Assembly: GCF_964194155.1 (NCBI RefSeq)
Contig: NC_135881.1
Span: 209,250,001-209,314,000 of the forward strand
Reading direction: 5' to 3'
DNA length: 64,000 nt
Origin: Cetorhinus maximus
Lineage: Eukaryota
The first letter of the stretch is position 1. Every line of letters starts with the position of its first letter. The translations under genes and the position numbers were made by a program. Below are positions 49,867 through 63,711 of the stretch, one piece after another. The notes beneath the pieces were generated by a model. The model saw only the letters and a list, made by a program, of their open reading frames with translations. It ran no database searches and was not told the origin of the DNA.

Positions 49867-52363
49867 CCTCTGAGAGTGCATTTCCAAATGATATTAATGA
49901 GGCCTGAGCTTTGGAAGTTAACAGTTGCTGCCAAAACTTTAGGAAGTAAGGGCATCGGGTAGGAATTTGAAGGATAAAATAATCATCTTTCTTCAGAATG
50001 AAGTGAATGTACAAGAAGAAGGAAAAGTGTAATAGTGAAGAGCAATTAAAGAAATGGTAAACAATTAGGGTACGTTTGGAGGTGCACACGTATGGACAAC
50101 AGGAAGGATGTGATCATGAATCCAGAGAGAAAAAAAATGTTGGGAGAATGTTCAAGCTGGTTAGCAACAATGAAACAAGCTCTTTACTGAGATCATTGAG
50201 ATAAGATTTAAAGAAGAAAGGTGAGCATAAGCAGTATTTTTTTTATTTCTGGAGAACCAATAACAGCGCTATTAGGATAGGCAAGAAACAGAAAGGTAAA
50301 CTTGTGGTATTTATGAGAAACAGTTTAGAATGATTTGTCATTGGAGGAGCAGAAAAACTGCATTTGATTATTTTTTTCAGTTGTTATTTTACCAATTTGA
50401 ACAGTGAACTTACACAATTTAGGAGCAAGAGTGAAGTTAGTTTGGATGTTGCACTTTTCCACATATTTTTGATGTATAAAGAGTTTAAATGGGAGGGGAG
50501 ACGTGGACTTTAAACTGGGTAAATATTTGACATCCTGGAGTTGTTTTAACTTTGGGTACAATCTTAAACATGGAGTACAATGTAGATGATCTTTGTGATT
50601 TGCCCATGCTGTTAGATTGGATTTTTAGTAGGCTGTAATGTGATAACAGCAGAGTCTACATCCTGTGAATCCAAAAAAACCACCATCTTTATTTCACACA
50701 GTTATTTTAAATAGTTTTCCTCAATCAGTTTCACAACACAATCCTGAACTGGCTGTGCCACGCGGACCAGATTCTTTGTTCTGTAGATCAGTCAGGACAC
50801 GAGTGTTTTAACCAATACGCCTGAATAAAGTGTGAACACTTTCTCATTAGCATACTACCCCATAATATTACTCAAGCACAATTGACAGGTCTGGCTGGGG
50901 CCCATAATGGGCTGTTTGGGACAGATATTCCTTCAGGCTTCCATGAGGCCAGAAGAGCTTATTGCAAAGTCAACACAAATTTCCCATGAATTTCTGATCA
51001 CTAATAATAATTGAGAACCCAGGCATTGCAAATGAACATCTACCTGGGTTTAGTCTGGGGAATGTTTCCATTGACTTTCACTCTAGTTGGAGATCTGGGG
51101 TAAATGTCAGTCATGAGCATCCATGCGTAGAGCTTATATGCTCTGGGTCAGGTTGTAAGATTGGTCATATGGCCTGAGATAGTATCTTTAAGGGATTTAT
51201 TGCTTCAAAGTTAAGTTATCACCACATTTACATTGAAAATCATAATATTTGGAAAATATTAAAAGAAGGTTGACTCCCAATGCAATTGCAGGAGAGAAAT
51301 CCAAAACATAAACATTAATAATTGATCCTTTCCGTGATCAATCAACTAACCATTAATCTTGGGAAATTCACTATTAAGAATGATAAATTATCAAAGATGT
51401 AATTAGATCCAGACATTTCCTTGGTCATGCATACAAATATATTTTGACGAAAAATAGCAAAAGTTTATGGATAAAACATAATCAACGAGAGTGAAGTTTA
51501 AATATCAAAAAATAAATGTTTTTTTGATTGGTGGCAAGCAGGAGCTTATGAGTTGGCAGGAGAGACAACACTGCCAATTATTATCCACATCTCCTCTACC
51601 TGAAGGATCCAGAAACAGCTTTCGATCAAGCAATGAAGAAGCAGCATGTGGTAACTGGAGAAGGCTTCTTTCCCAGACAGGAAAGTGGTCCCCCTGGTGA
51701 AAATTGCTTCCTTTTCTTGAAATAGGAGAGAGATAAGTGTATCATTTCTTGCCTGCACTTGTTGCTGATTTGTTTTGGTGGGAGGATTGCTGCTGCTAAC
51801 TGCTGTAATTTGTGTGCGCCCTTGACCCCTGAGTGGGAAACAGCGAACTCTGGGGAGATGCTTTTTGCAGTTATATGTGGGAAAACGCTGTTTGGGCATG
51901 CAGTGTTACCTTGGTACAGAATTTCTACAAAGTGGTTGTGAAATAGATGGTGTGTGAAATAAAGGAAATTCATGGAGCACATCAGACCTTGTAAAAAAAC
52001 TATTTTCTTTTCCCTTAAGAAGATTACTCGGCCTCAGGGCTAACAAAGTCATGAAAGGAGCAACACTCTCTTAAGAGTGAAGGACAAATAATAACAAGCT
52101 ATTTAAGGGTATTTACCTGGATATTGGTAACATATTTGCCAACACTGGGGGAATTCAATGTGGGCATCACATTGAATGCATTCTATTAATGCTTTAAATT
52201 GCAAAATATTCGCATTGATTTTGTTTTACTATTTACGGTGTCTTTCGAATAGGAATCCCAAGGGACCTTGACTGTTGTGGTCAGCATGGAATGTTTAATT
52301 TCCATTTTACTGTGTATAATCTAAATATTTAACTGTTGACATGTGACACCATTTTCTCAATCT

Positions 52364-53767
52364 CATAGGAACAAAGGAGCAGGAGGAGGCCATTCAGCCC
52401 ATCGAGCCTGCTCCGCCATTCAATACGATCATGGCTGATCATCCACTTCAATGTATTTTCCCCTCACTATCCCCATGTCCCTTTATGTCATTGGTATTTA
52501 GAAATCTGTCAGTCTCTACTTTAAACATATTCCGTGACTGAGCTTCCACAGCCTCTGGGGTAGAGAATTCCAAAGATTCACAATTTTTAAAAAAACTCCT
52601 CATCTCGGTCCTAAGTGGCTTGCCCCTTATTTTGAGATTGTGTCCCCTGGTTCTAGACTCCCTGATCAGGGGAAACATCTTACCTGCATCTATCCTGTCT
52701 ATCCCTTTAAGTATTTTGTAGGCCTCAATGAGATCACCTCTCGTTCTTTGAAACTCTAGAGAATACAGGCCCAGTTTCCCCAATCTCTCTTCATAGGACA
52801 GTCCCACCATCCCCGGAACAAGCCTGGTGAACTTTCATTGCACTCCCTCTGTGGCAATAATATCCTTTCTGAAGTAAGGGGACCAATCTGCACACAGTAC
52901 TCCAGGTGCGGTCTAACCAAGCTTCTATACAATTGAAGCAAGACTTCACTACTCCTGTACTCAAATCCTCTTGCGATAAACATTATTATCCTTCCTAATT
53001 GCTTGCTGCACCTGCATGTCAGCCTTCAGTGACTTATTGACGAGGTCACCCAGGTCCCTTTGTACATCTACACTTTCTAATCTCTCACCATTTAAGAAAC
53101 ATTCTGCGCATCTGTTCCTCCTACCAAAGTGGATAACTTCACATTTTTCCACATTATATTCCATCTGCCATATTCTTGCACACTCAGTAAGTCTGTGCAA
53201 ATCCTCTTGAAGCCGCTTTGCATCTTCCTCACAACACACATTCCCACCTAGGTTGATGTCATCCGTGAACTTGGAAATATTATATTTGTTCCCCACATCC
53301 AAATCACTGATATATATATTGTGAAAAGCAGGGGCCCGAGTACTGATCCTTGTGGTACCTCACTAATCACAGCCTGCCAACACGAGAATGACCCATTTAT
53401 TCCTACTCTCTGTTTTCTGCCTGTTAGCCAATCCTTAATCCAAGCGAGTATATTGTCTCCTATCCCATATGCTTTAATTTTACTAACGAACTTCCTGTGG
53501 TGAACTTTAACAAGAGCCTTCTGAAAGTCCAAGTCCACCGACCCCCCCTTATCAATTTTGTTAGTAACATCCTCAAAAAACTCCAACAGGTTTGTCAAAC
53601 ATGATTTCCCATTCATAATTCCAGGTTGACTCTGCCCAATCAGATCATTATTATCCAAGTATCCATTTATCACATCCTTTATAACAGAGTCCAACATTTT
53701 CCCTACCATTGGTGTAAGGCTAACAGGTCTATAGTTCCCGATTTTCTCTCTCCATCCCTTCTCAAAT
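52364..53767 (-). mobile_element. CR1 (HER1-like) LINE 3' part
   Basis: 'SCLTNLLEFFEDVT', 'VPQGSVLGPLLFTIYI', 'KFTDD', 'LYRSLVRPHLEYCVQ', 'RGDLIEAYKIL'. Confidence 0.93.
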
Positions 53768-54519
53768 ATCCAGAATTTGTATTCAGAACAACATAGGAGT
53801 TTCTGCAGCTGAGCTTTGAACAGGGTCAGGTTTGATGCTTGAGCTAGGTAAAAAAATTTGAGATTTTAGAATGTTCTACTTATGGATACAAGCATATCTG
53901 ATAATAGAATGATATCAATTGCAGTAATTTAGACTTGTAAGTCTTCATAAAGACCAACAAGCCTATAGACGAAGCTGGTCTCAGTGTATGTACACTCTGT
54001 TCAACTCAATGGCACATGGTTAAGCTGCTGGCACCAAACCTGACTCTGGCTTTGCATGAAAACACATGTACCTGTACAATTCTGCTTTCTTATGTTCTTA
54101 GTCGGTCATGCCAGGTTTGCTTTACAGCGTTTCCTCTGATGGCAAATGTACCATCAGAAGTAAAGTTAACAAAATATGATGTTGATGCCACTTGCTCTAC
54201 TCGAGATAACGCTGAATTAGAATACCTTCGCTTTTATTCGCTCTTGAAACATGTGGATTTGAATTGGGTAAATGAAACAGAGTTGAGCTAGATTTGGATT
54301 AAGTAGTTTGAGCATGTGCAGATATTTCCCAGGATTCTCAGTAACATTCCTTCGAACAATTTTGCAAAACAAGAGGATAAGTTTCAAAAGTTTTTTCGAT
54401 AATGTGTTTCTGTATGTATTTGTGTACATTTGAGAGAAAAATAATGTCCTGATTACACACTTACACTGTTAGAGTCAGAAAATGTTTTTAACTAAGAGGT
54501 CGACAGAGAGACTGGCAAT

Positions 54520-55821
54520 GGGTGGAATTTTCTGTGCCCAGTGGCGTCGGGCGTGCTCCGCGGCCTGAGTGGACAATATGGCGAGAAGGCCAAAAATGGG
54601 TTTCACGACGTTGTGAAACCAGTTTGCGATCGTCCGCTCAGCCCCCTACGATGATGGCTGTGTTTCCGCCGTCGGATGTTGGGAACCTCATTGTATTACA
54701 TCTGCATATCATTATAAGGCCAACCTGCTGGACTCATCACCCTACACTTGAATGTCCGCCCAGCACGCCAATGTATTTCAAAACTGCACATAAGTGATGT
54801 GCACCCAGAGAGCTGTGCTTCACTCAGGACTTCAAGGTTTGTTAGCCTACCTTGCTTTGGGCAACACTCACAGTTGTCAGTGCCAGGCTTCGCAGACAGC
54901 ACCACAGCACTTTTAGGCGGGTGGGGGTGGGGGGGGAAGGTAATCGGCAGGTCTCTACCTTACAGATTAGCCATATGTGGGTTGCTTTACAATGGCTGCA
55001 GGGCTAGGGCTTGTTTGGGGAAGGGGGAGAAGTGGCCTCAGGCAAAGGAAGAGGCTGCAGGGCGAGGGCTGTACTGAGGGAGGAGGGTATCCCAGGGTGT
55101 GTGTGGAGGCACAAGTTGATCTGTGCAAGTGGCCTCAAGATGGTGAGGGCTGAGGAGGCAGTCTCCAGAAGAGATGAGGCCAGGTGGAGATGTGAGGGTG
55201 TGTGTGAGAGAGTGAGTGGTGATGTCCCTTGAGCTGGCAGTGAGTGAGATGCCAGTGAATGTGTAATGGGCTTGACTGTGTGAGTTTAGAGTGATGAGAT
55301 GGTTACTTTACCCTGGCTGCACAGAGGAGATCATTCATCCTCTATCTGTATTGGATGGCAAACCTCTTCTGTGCAGCATTGACACTGATCACCACCACTG
55401 CCGCCACCTTCCAAGCCGGAGTGGTAATGTTGCTGCCCCTCCTGTGGCCAGAGTGGGGTAGAGGACATCACAGTGATCCTTCACAGTGTCCAAAAGGTGC
55501 TCGAGTGATGCATCACTAAACCTGGGGGCTGCAGTCTTCTTGCCTTTGGGGGCCATGTCTTATTTGCAGCAGCCCTGGGCTGGAAGCACTGAGAGGTGTG
55601 TGCGCGGCTGTACTTTAAATGAGGCATCCAGCGTGATGAAGTAACGAGGTGATGGCGTGGCAGGCGAATCGGAGCCCGCCCATCGAGACAGTGTCCCACC
55701 ATAATTAATGCTGCAGGCTTGGGATGATATGACGTGAGAAGTTGCCATTGCGGCCGGCAGCTAAAATGTCATTTCACCTGCCCGCTCCCGTACTTGGTGC
55801 AAATCTGGGATGATTCCGTCC
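54520..55821 (-). mobile_element. Harbinger non-autonomous element, 1.3 kb
   Basis: TIRs gggtggaat / attccgtcc; perfect 3-bp TSD aat (54517-54519 and 55822-55824). Confidence 0.85.
55312..55556 (-). pseudogene. Harbinger Myb/SANT-like DNA-binding protein, first exon (frameshifted)
   Basis: MAPKGKKTAAPRFSDASLEHLLDTVKDHCDVLYP/.SGHRRGSNITTPAWKVAAVVISVNAAQKRFAIQYR*RMNDLLCAAR followed by a GTAA donor; matches the MSANTD/NAIF1-like pattern. Confidence 0.85.
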
Positions 55822-55892
55822 AATGTTATCCAAATTCACTGGGTGGGAAGCCTACAGATCTGGTGGGATGCTGAATTTGCACCCTCTCTGAT

Positions 55893-56144
55893 GGGATAAC
55901 TTTAACCCATCCTACCAATCGGGGACTGTTCTGATTGAGAGCAATGTTGGTTTTACACCCACTTGGCTTCACTCTTCATTAAAACCAATGAGTAATATTG
56001 GGGCAGGTGTAAAATCAGCGTTCCACCCCATCTCACGGAGCTCAGAGTAACATTGTTCCCACACTGGGGTTAGAGAAGGGGATAAAAGGGAAAGAGTTTG
56101 ATCCAATCTGTTTTACATTTGTCATTAAAAGTTAAAATTACCCC
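55893..56144. mobile_element. Old MITE
   Basis: Ends 'gggataactttaac' / 'gttaaaattacccc'; internal inverted 'ttttacacc / ggtgtaaaa'. Confidence 0.45.
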
Positions 56145-58504
56145 AGCTGTCATTCTTTAATTATAATTCATGAACCTTTCTTAAAAAAAAACTGTTTAAA
56201 CTTGAAATCAACAAATTATCTCAGCTTTGATGGTCATTAGAAAAGGTTAAAATAAGCATTTAAATCTATGATTTCAAATCTATCACTGAGGAGAACAGAG
56301 AAAAAGAGAAAGCCACACAATGGGGGTGAATTTAAACTTTAAAAATGGTGCTGGATTATTTTCCAGGGAAACAGGAACAGAGGGAGTGAGGAGGAGGTGA
56401 ATGTGTTGAGTTGAGGGGACTGCTTACCTCTCAGCACTTGCATTTGGGCCGGGGTGGGGGAGGGGGGAATGAGTGGGATTGAGGGGATGATTAAAATTGA
56501 GTGACAGCAGAGTGAGGGGAATGAAAGGATATAGAGGCTGAGTGGAAAATTCATTAGGAATGAAGTAGGGTTAGTGAGGGACATCAGGGAATGGTAGAAA
56601 TGGAACTGGCAGGTGGGAAGTTGAAGGGGTAGGGTGATGTGATGAGAACAGCATGAGGGCCTTGGGAATTGACTACATTTTCCTTGCAATTTCACTTCAA
56701 CATTCACACATGCTGTACCATGCAGATTGTGGCATATCAGTTGAAAAGGAAGCCATGTTGGGCTAAAGGCATGTCATAATATCAGCAAATCAGGTTAACT
56801 ATCTTGGACAGACATGGTCATGTTCATTAATAAATATGTGCGTAGCTCAAAGAAATGGTACAAGAAACATTTATTTGCTGATGTAGTTTTGCAATAAAAT
56901 GTCACAGTGCTTTGTAAATTTAATCTGATTGGTAGATTGTACATCACACACTAAACAACTCCTGATTGGGCCCTACAGTGCGCAGTGTATTAACTTAATC
57001 CTGAAAGGGGCAGCACACTTGGAGAACGTGAAGACACAGCCAATCTTAACGGCCATGCCCTGTCACCCTAACTTTCACCATAGCTCTGCCTGGACTTGAC
57101 CAATCCACTATGTGGTTCACTGGTGAGCGGGGGCAAGAGATCACTGGCTGGCATCCATGGCATTGATCTCCAACTGGCAGGTCATTGGGAAGTGGAGGGG
57201 GGTGGTTATAAAATGTGGTCTGATCTATACACGCCTACAGGTGATTGGTGCACTTTTAAATCAAATAATGAAATAAGAGCGCATTTCACTGTTCACGTCT
57301 ACCCAATTAACAAAGGAAATGGTCACTGTGCTCTCTTCTTTATCTTTCAACCCTAATGGATTCACAAAGCAACTGCACTGTGAGAAAGGTTTTTGGTAAA
57401 AAGAATTAGAACTAAAAGTATCTGCAGCAAGAAGTTAGCACTGAAAGATTAATTGCCAATTTATGATGTGATTCAGAAAATGGAGCAGGTTAGATGACTG
57501 ACATTTGGGAGAGATATTGAAGAAAATACAAAACCAAAATATAACAGCTTCTTTCTAATTTTTATTCTCACATGCAGGTATCAGTTATGGGCAAAATGGA
57601 AAATCAGAAGGATTAACTTCAGTCTTTGATTTCTTTTCATACTGAGATACCAGCCATGAAATTGGAATCTTTAGTGTGTACGTGGTAGGGGTGGGGGTGA
57701 AAGGAAGGCATTGGAGAGGAGGAACTGGAAGAGAGGATTTAGGAAAGGGAAAAGGAGGGGGACTGGGACTGGGGGCAGGGGATTGGGAAGGAGAAAGAGG
57801 AGGATGGGGAACTGAAGAATGCGTATCAGGGGCTTATGTTGTGGGGAGGTAATGGATAAAGTTTAATGGAACTGAATTCTTAAATGGATAAGGTAATTAA
57901 TAATGAAATTGTCATATATTTTCAACGGTAACCTTGTCTGTTAATCTGTGTCCTCAGTATACCTGACTACTTCATTCATAAACATGAACCTTAGAGAAAA
58001 AATGGGAAGAATTGGTAAATATTGGCAGTTATTTTGCATCTTCTGGTGCCATTTCTGTAAAAGGTGAGATTCAGACAATTGTCAAACCAACATTGATAAC
58101 TCAGTGTTAATTACTTCTTCAAATAATTCCAAACTCTATCTACCAGAATGTTTCAGGCATTTACTTACTTAGGCTGTTTCAACACACTTTTTACCTTTGT
58201 GATGTACCATTGATTGTCAATATGGCTTTCCTGTTGCTGAATAATAAGAACATACAATAACAGGACAGGCCTAAGATTTTCATGGGACTCCCCTTCTGGT
58301 GGACTGAATAGAAGAGCCAGTTTATTGTATTGGCCTGCGAATGATGTACAAAACACTCAATGATGCATGCACAGGCTGGCACATCAGCCCTGCCCTACTC
58401 TGGACAGTCACTGACATCATTTCTCTCTGAGGTACACAAGCACATATCAAGTGTCATGACACCATTTTAAGAATTGTCCTCCAAGAAGCTTTGGTGCTGA
58501 ATAA

Positions 58505-58862
58505 CAGGCATAGACACAGAGACACAGACATGCACCCAGTCACTGATACAGACAGAAATATAGGCACACACAATCACTGATACAGACACACATAAAGACA
58601 GACACAGACACAACAATCACAGACACAGACAAAATAATACAGTCACAAATATACAGAGCCTGACATCGACAATTGCTGACACAGGCACAAGTAGAGAAAC
58701 AAACACTCACACAGATAGAAACAGACACAACAATCACAGACACAGACAGAACATACAGTCACAAATATACAGAGCCTGACATCGACAATTGCTGACACAG
58801 GCACAAGTAGAGAAACAAACACTCACACAGATAGAAACAGACACAAACATCACAGACACAAA
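58505..58862. repeat. CA/GA-rich low-complexity region with a tandem duplication of about 117 bp (about 2.2 copies)
   Basis: Units start at 58604, 58721 and 58837 and are nearly identical. Confidence 0.9.
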
Positions 58863-59286
58863 CATGCAAGTGCACTCAGGTTGCTGCAGCATCACTGTCC
58901 GGGAATATAAAGGGAAAAGGAATATAATCCAAAATAATTTGTTATATTTTGCAGTAATTGAGGTTTTGGAAGGAGTGTTTTGTTTTGCTGACTTATTCAA
59001 TAGAATGAAACCTGCGCTGATCCAGGCAGAGAAGATAAAAGTTTAATCCATACAGATCAGGGTAGATCCATTGCTCTCTCTCTCTTTGGTGTCACTATAA
59101 AGGGTGGATCATGATGAGTGAAATGGTGCTAGTGAATTGACAGCCATTTTTACATTTCTCTGAATTTTATTTCCATTGACTTCATGACTTGAAGAGGAGA
59201 ATTATTGATCAGGGTTCAATCTCTGAAGGTGCAACAGCACCTCAGGCCATATGATCATTCCTGTCATTATTAAAGGGTTTGTCAGA

Positions 59287-60510
59287 TGTTACAATACCAA
59301 CTGATGTTAATACTGAACAAGTCAGATCCCAGAGTGAAAACTGGCTTGGTAGATCCTAACTTTCTATTTTTTAAACCATGGAGGAAAGTTACTGAACAAA
59401 TTCACAGGAATCTGCTGATGAACTTTTAATACGAAGAGTAAAACGTTTATTAAACTAGAAAATGAACTATATTACACCAGGCAACAAGGTTGGAAAGATC
59501 TCAATACCAACTCAAGAAAATGATTCAGATATTCACTGTTCCGTCACCCCAGTTATATCTTTACAGACGCTTACAAATTCAGAAAGATAAAACAATTTGC
59601 CATATCTATCTTATACTCTAATATTCAGAGTAAGTGTGCTGTACATGTAAATTAAAGGGTGAACTGTGGTCAGACACACCACACTCCAAAGTAAATGACA
59701 AGTGCCACCAAAGCAGATTCCAAAGATTTTGAACAACCCACTCTGGTGCTTGTTACACTGTGAGCCAACCGCTTTCACTGAAACTCCACCTTTCTCACGA
59801 GGGCTCATGGTATCCACATTCGAAGAACTTGCCTTGGAAATCTCTGAAAATGTCACTCCCACTTGGGCGGCATCAACGAGGATCCACCTCCAGGGCTTCA
59901 ATCACGCCTTCTGAGATTCCTTTCCCATGGTTCGCCGAGTATACTATAGCTTCACCTTCCAAGCACAGTTTCAGATCTCCATCCACTCCAAGCAGAACAC
60001 CACTGCTCCAAAAGGACCGAAAGTAAGGAGTCCCCAGTCTTCAGCTTCCTCTTCAGCTCTTCACTTCAAGTCTGCTCCCTGCAGCTCTCTCTTTAACTCA
60101 GAGTTTATTTCTCTGCCCCTTTCTCTGAACTTTACTTAGCAGGTTCTGTTTCTGATCTCTGTCCTTGTCCTTTACCTGGGACTGTCCCTAGGACCTCTTT
60201 CTGATCCCTGTCTTTCTCCCTACCTGGACCATTCTTCTGGGACCTCTCCCTGCCCCCGTCCCTGTGCCCTGCTCCCTGGGACACTTTCTCTGGACTAGCG
60301 CCTCTCACCGCTCCCTTCCCCATTCAGGTCACCTGACCTGCTGTTTGCACCATTTTGCTTCTTTTTGCCTGAGTAGATGCGCAGAGCTGGTTCCCCGCCC
60401 GAAGAATGGAAAAAAAAAACACTAACCGTGCAGGTACGCCCAGTTCCTGGTGGGCACAGGCATAAAAGACCCGAGGCTCATCGGAAGGTAAGTATTTGCA
60501 TTTTATAACA
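59287..60510 (-). mobile_element. Solo LTR related to family A, with a different 5' half
   Basis: TGTTA...TAACA termini; 4-bp TSD 'caga' (59283-59286 and 60511-60514); 59287-60070 is similar to the reverse complement of the family A 3' part. Confidence 0.85.
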
Positions 60511-61440
60511 CAGAGGAAAGCTGCCTTTTGCACCTCCACTTCACCTAAGAGACAATGATGGAGCTGGTGTTGATTATACAAGTAACAAAGGATATGATTA
60601 GTTTTTTTCCCATGGATTTGAACGTTTACTATATGACTTGAGCCCAGATCTTCCAATCAGGAGCATAAACCTTATATCGGATCCTGAACAGGCAAAAAAA
60701 AAATGCACACACGTTCCTCCAACCTTTCTGAGCGATCATCCAGGGGAGAATTCTTCACATGCGACCCAGTGCAGCAAAATCTCGGAGGGAACAGCGCTGA
60801 AAATCTGCGCCGAGAATCTGCACCCACTTCTCATGGCCCAAGCTGCCATCCTGGTAATTAAAGAGTTTGAACATCCCAAAGCTATTTTGAAAACGGCTAT
60901 GGAGAGAAGTTGGTAAGGGGAGGGTGGGTAAGATAAGGGGGTAGGGTGACAGGTGGGTAGGATGGTAGGCGGGTGGGTGGATAGGTGGGCGGGGGTGGTG
61001 GTGGTGGTAATCGGGTCAGGCGTTTAGTCAGGTCGGGTCGGTGGGTGGGGGCGGGAGGTGAGTTTGGTTGAGTTGGAGGTAGTCGGGAGGTCAGAGGGTT
61101 AGTTGTGGGGGGTCAGTGTGAGTAATCACTGGATCAGTCATTTAGTTACCCAGTTTCTTTTCTTTTAACATCTCCTGAGTAACTAGCCAGGTGAGTAACT
61201 GTCTGATTTACTTACTGCTGTAACTCTAACTCAAAGTTGAAGACTTATTTTGGAGGTTCCCAGGGACCATGTGGATTAAAACTTACCAGGCAATTCCCAC
61301 AGAATCCTTGCATTGGGAGTTATGAAGGTTCCCACAGCGCATCTTCTGGTGTACACCTGGTGTCCCACTATCCAGACAGCAGAAGATCGAGGCCTAGGCT
61401 TCCATGTAACGAGATCCGACCAGGCCATCAAAAGGGATGT

Positions 61441-61772
61441 TTTTAAAATTAATTTTATGGGATGTGGTGTCGCTGGCTGGGCCAGCATTTATTGCCCATC
61501 CCTAATTGCCCTTGAGAAGGTGGTGGTCAGCTGCCTTCTTGAACCACTGCAGTCCATGTGGTGTAGGTACACCCACAGTGCTGTTAGGAAGGGAATTCCA
61601 GGATTTTGACCCAGCGACAGTGAAGGAACGGCGATATATTTCCAAGTCAGGATGGTGAGTGGCTTGGAGGGGAACTTCCAGGTGGTGGTGTTCTCATCTA
61701 TCTGCTGCCCTTGTCCTTCTAGATGGTAGTGGTGTGGGTTTGGTAGGTGCTGTCGAAGGCACCTTGGTGAGT
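61441..61772 (-). mobile_element. 3' fragment of the tRNA-headed LINE family
   Basis: Near-identical to 16070-16400 and 26170-26510. Confidence 0.9.
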
Positions 61773-62134
61773 TTTCCAAATAAGACAGTGCACAGTTTAC
61801 ACCTGCATAAAGCAAGTGATTGCAGACAGAAAATATCTTCATCACTTTTCTACCGAAAAATAAACACCAACTGAAGCGGTTCAGCTAAGAGTGCAGAGTG
61901 GTACAGACAATATGGCTGACAGTGCGGCATACACCACCAGGAAAAGATGCCACTACATAAATATTCAATGCTTTCAGACTACAGAAATGTGACTCTTTAT
62001 GTCTATTCCTGTTATTGAGGAAGCACTCATAATATTTCTAGACTACAGCAGTCTGTAATGCTTTCACTGACTATTGCTGATAGTTTCACTGTAAAATTCC
62101 CACACAATAACAGAGTGTAGATACATAGAAACTC

Positions 62135-62990
62135 ATGCCATCATCATGTTGCCATGGAACACACCATTGTGTGTTCCCTTGATTCGAGGAGGATGTCTAC
62201 TCAGGATTGTGAGTTTCTGCTCTGGGTCTTCATATGACAGAACAGGCCAATTCTCAATCTACAGGTCTTTGGGCACATTGGCAAGTGTCCCACGAGATAG
62301 TGGGATCTGGAGTACAGGATTTGTTTCCTTTTCTTCCCACTGTTGCTGCTTTGCCCCATAATAAAGGACCTGCAGGGGAGACACTTTCCGGCCATTCGGA
62401 CACAGTGATCAGTCCGTCGAGTTGATTTTGCAGGAGTTTAGCCTGAATACTTGTGGAGCTGGCTCCAAAAAGACCACCAGCATTTGTTTGACAGCCCTCC
62501 CATTGAGTCCGGGAGATGTGTCATAGGCATTGCTGGTGGAATTTCTCTAGCACTCTTATGTGTCACTGATACATAGTCCAGGTCTTACTGCAGCACAGGA
62601 ATGTGGTGATGACAAATGTTCTGTATAATAGGACTGTTGTTGACTTGCAGAGGTCTTTACTGTTAAACACTCGCTGCTGTAGTTTGTAGAAGGCTGAGCT
62701 GATGTGGCTGATCCGGTGTTGGATCTCCTCATCAATGGTGACCTTTTGAGAGAAGTGACTGCCAAGGTATGGAAAGTGCTCAACATATTGCAACGCCTCC
62801 CCTTCAACATATCTGGGAGGTGGAATATTTGGCTGACAAGATCTGGGTTTAAAATTGAGTTTTGTTTTGACAATATTCAAGGACAGACTGAATTGAAGAG
62901 ATCGAAGTGGCTTGCAAATCTGGTGCAGAGTGGGCAATGACACTGCACTCATCCACAAACTGTAGATCATGTAAGACGACATACCACAGA
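62135..62990 (-). mobile_element. RTE-clade (BovB-like) LINE 3' part
   Basis: 'LQYVEHFPYLGS.FSQKVTIDEEIQHRIS..SSAFYKLQQRVF...LLYRTFVITTFL...TWT'; short (CAT)n tail near 62139. Confidence 0.88.
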
Positions 62991-63711
62991 GATACTAAAG
63001 GAATTGTTCCATTGCTTATATCTGGAGTTTCTCTACATCCATCACTTGAAGTAGTTTTTGATCATAAAACCCTTCACTTATCTCCAGTTTCATATATCAT
63101 CTCCATTGACGTTGTCCTTCTCCACTCTCTGGCTGCTGACTGCCTTTGTTTTTCCAAAACAACAACAACATTTTGTCCAGTCACTAAACTTTTCCCCCAC
63201 GCAAGCTGAATTATTATTTTGTCAGCTCCACGCACTGATTCCTTTTTCAAATCCCTACTCAACAAATGGAAAATGAAAATAAAAAAGATTTCTTATCATT
63301 TTATGCTACCTACATTCTCTAAGTCTTTTGCCCAGACTTTGTTTGATGTTATGCAATGGGTTTTGCCTCATTCTGAGCCTAAGGCTGCATCAGAATCAGG
63401 GATGTAGCGCCAAATTCTGAGGTGTGGGAGCTCTCCAGAAAATGTGTTAGTCATATCATTTCTAAACCTACTATTACATTGTTTTCCTATATATTAATGA
63501 TTTGAGTCCCCAAACGTAAGTAAAACTATGTTTTGTAAGTGAAAAATATTAGTGCCAGTATGCATTTTATTTTGAACCATGTGGTATTTTGAATCATTAG
63601 TCTTTAGTATAGCTAGAATTTCATTATGCAACAGTTTAATTATTTAATTCAAACCTATGAAAAACATGAATTACAGAAAACGTTGCTTATTTCTGACTGG
63701 GGGATATTATA

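Noticed and set aside
57578-57690. Plus-strand acceptor 'tttttattctcacatgcag' as a possible exon 2
   Set aside because: No convincing donor or recognisable peptide follows.
58505-58862. CRISPR-like repeat array
   Set aside because: Eukaryotic context; it is a plain tandem duplication with no unique spacers and no cas genes.
60915-61115. G-quadruplex-like G-rich tract (similar tracts at about 56440-56650 and 57680-57850)
   Set aside because: These look like degenerate interiors of old MITEs or low-complexity purine tracts, with no independent sign of function.
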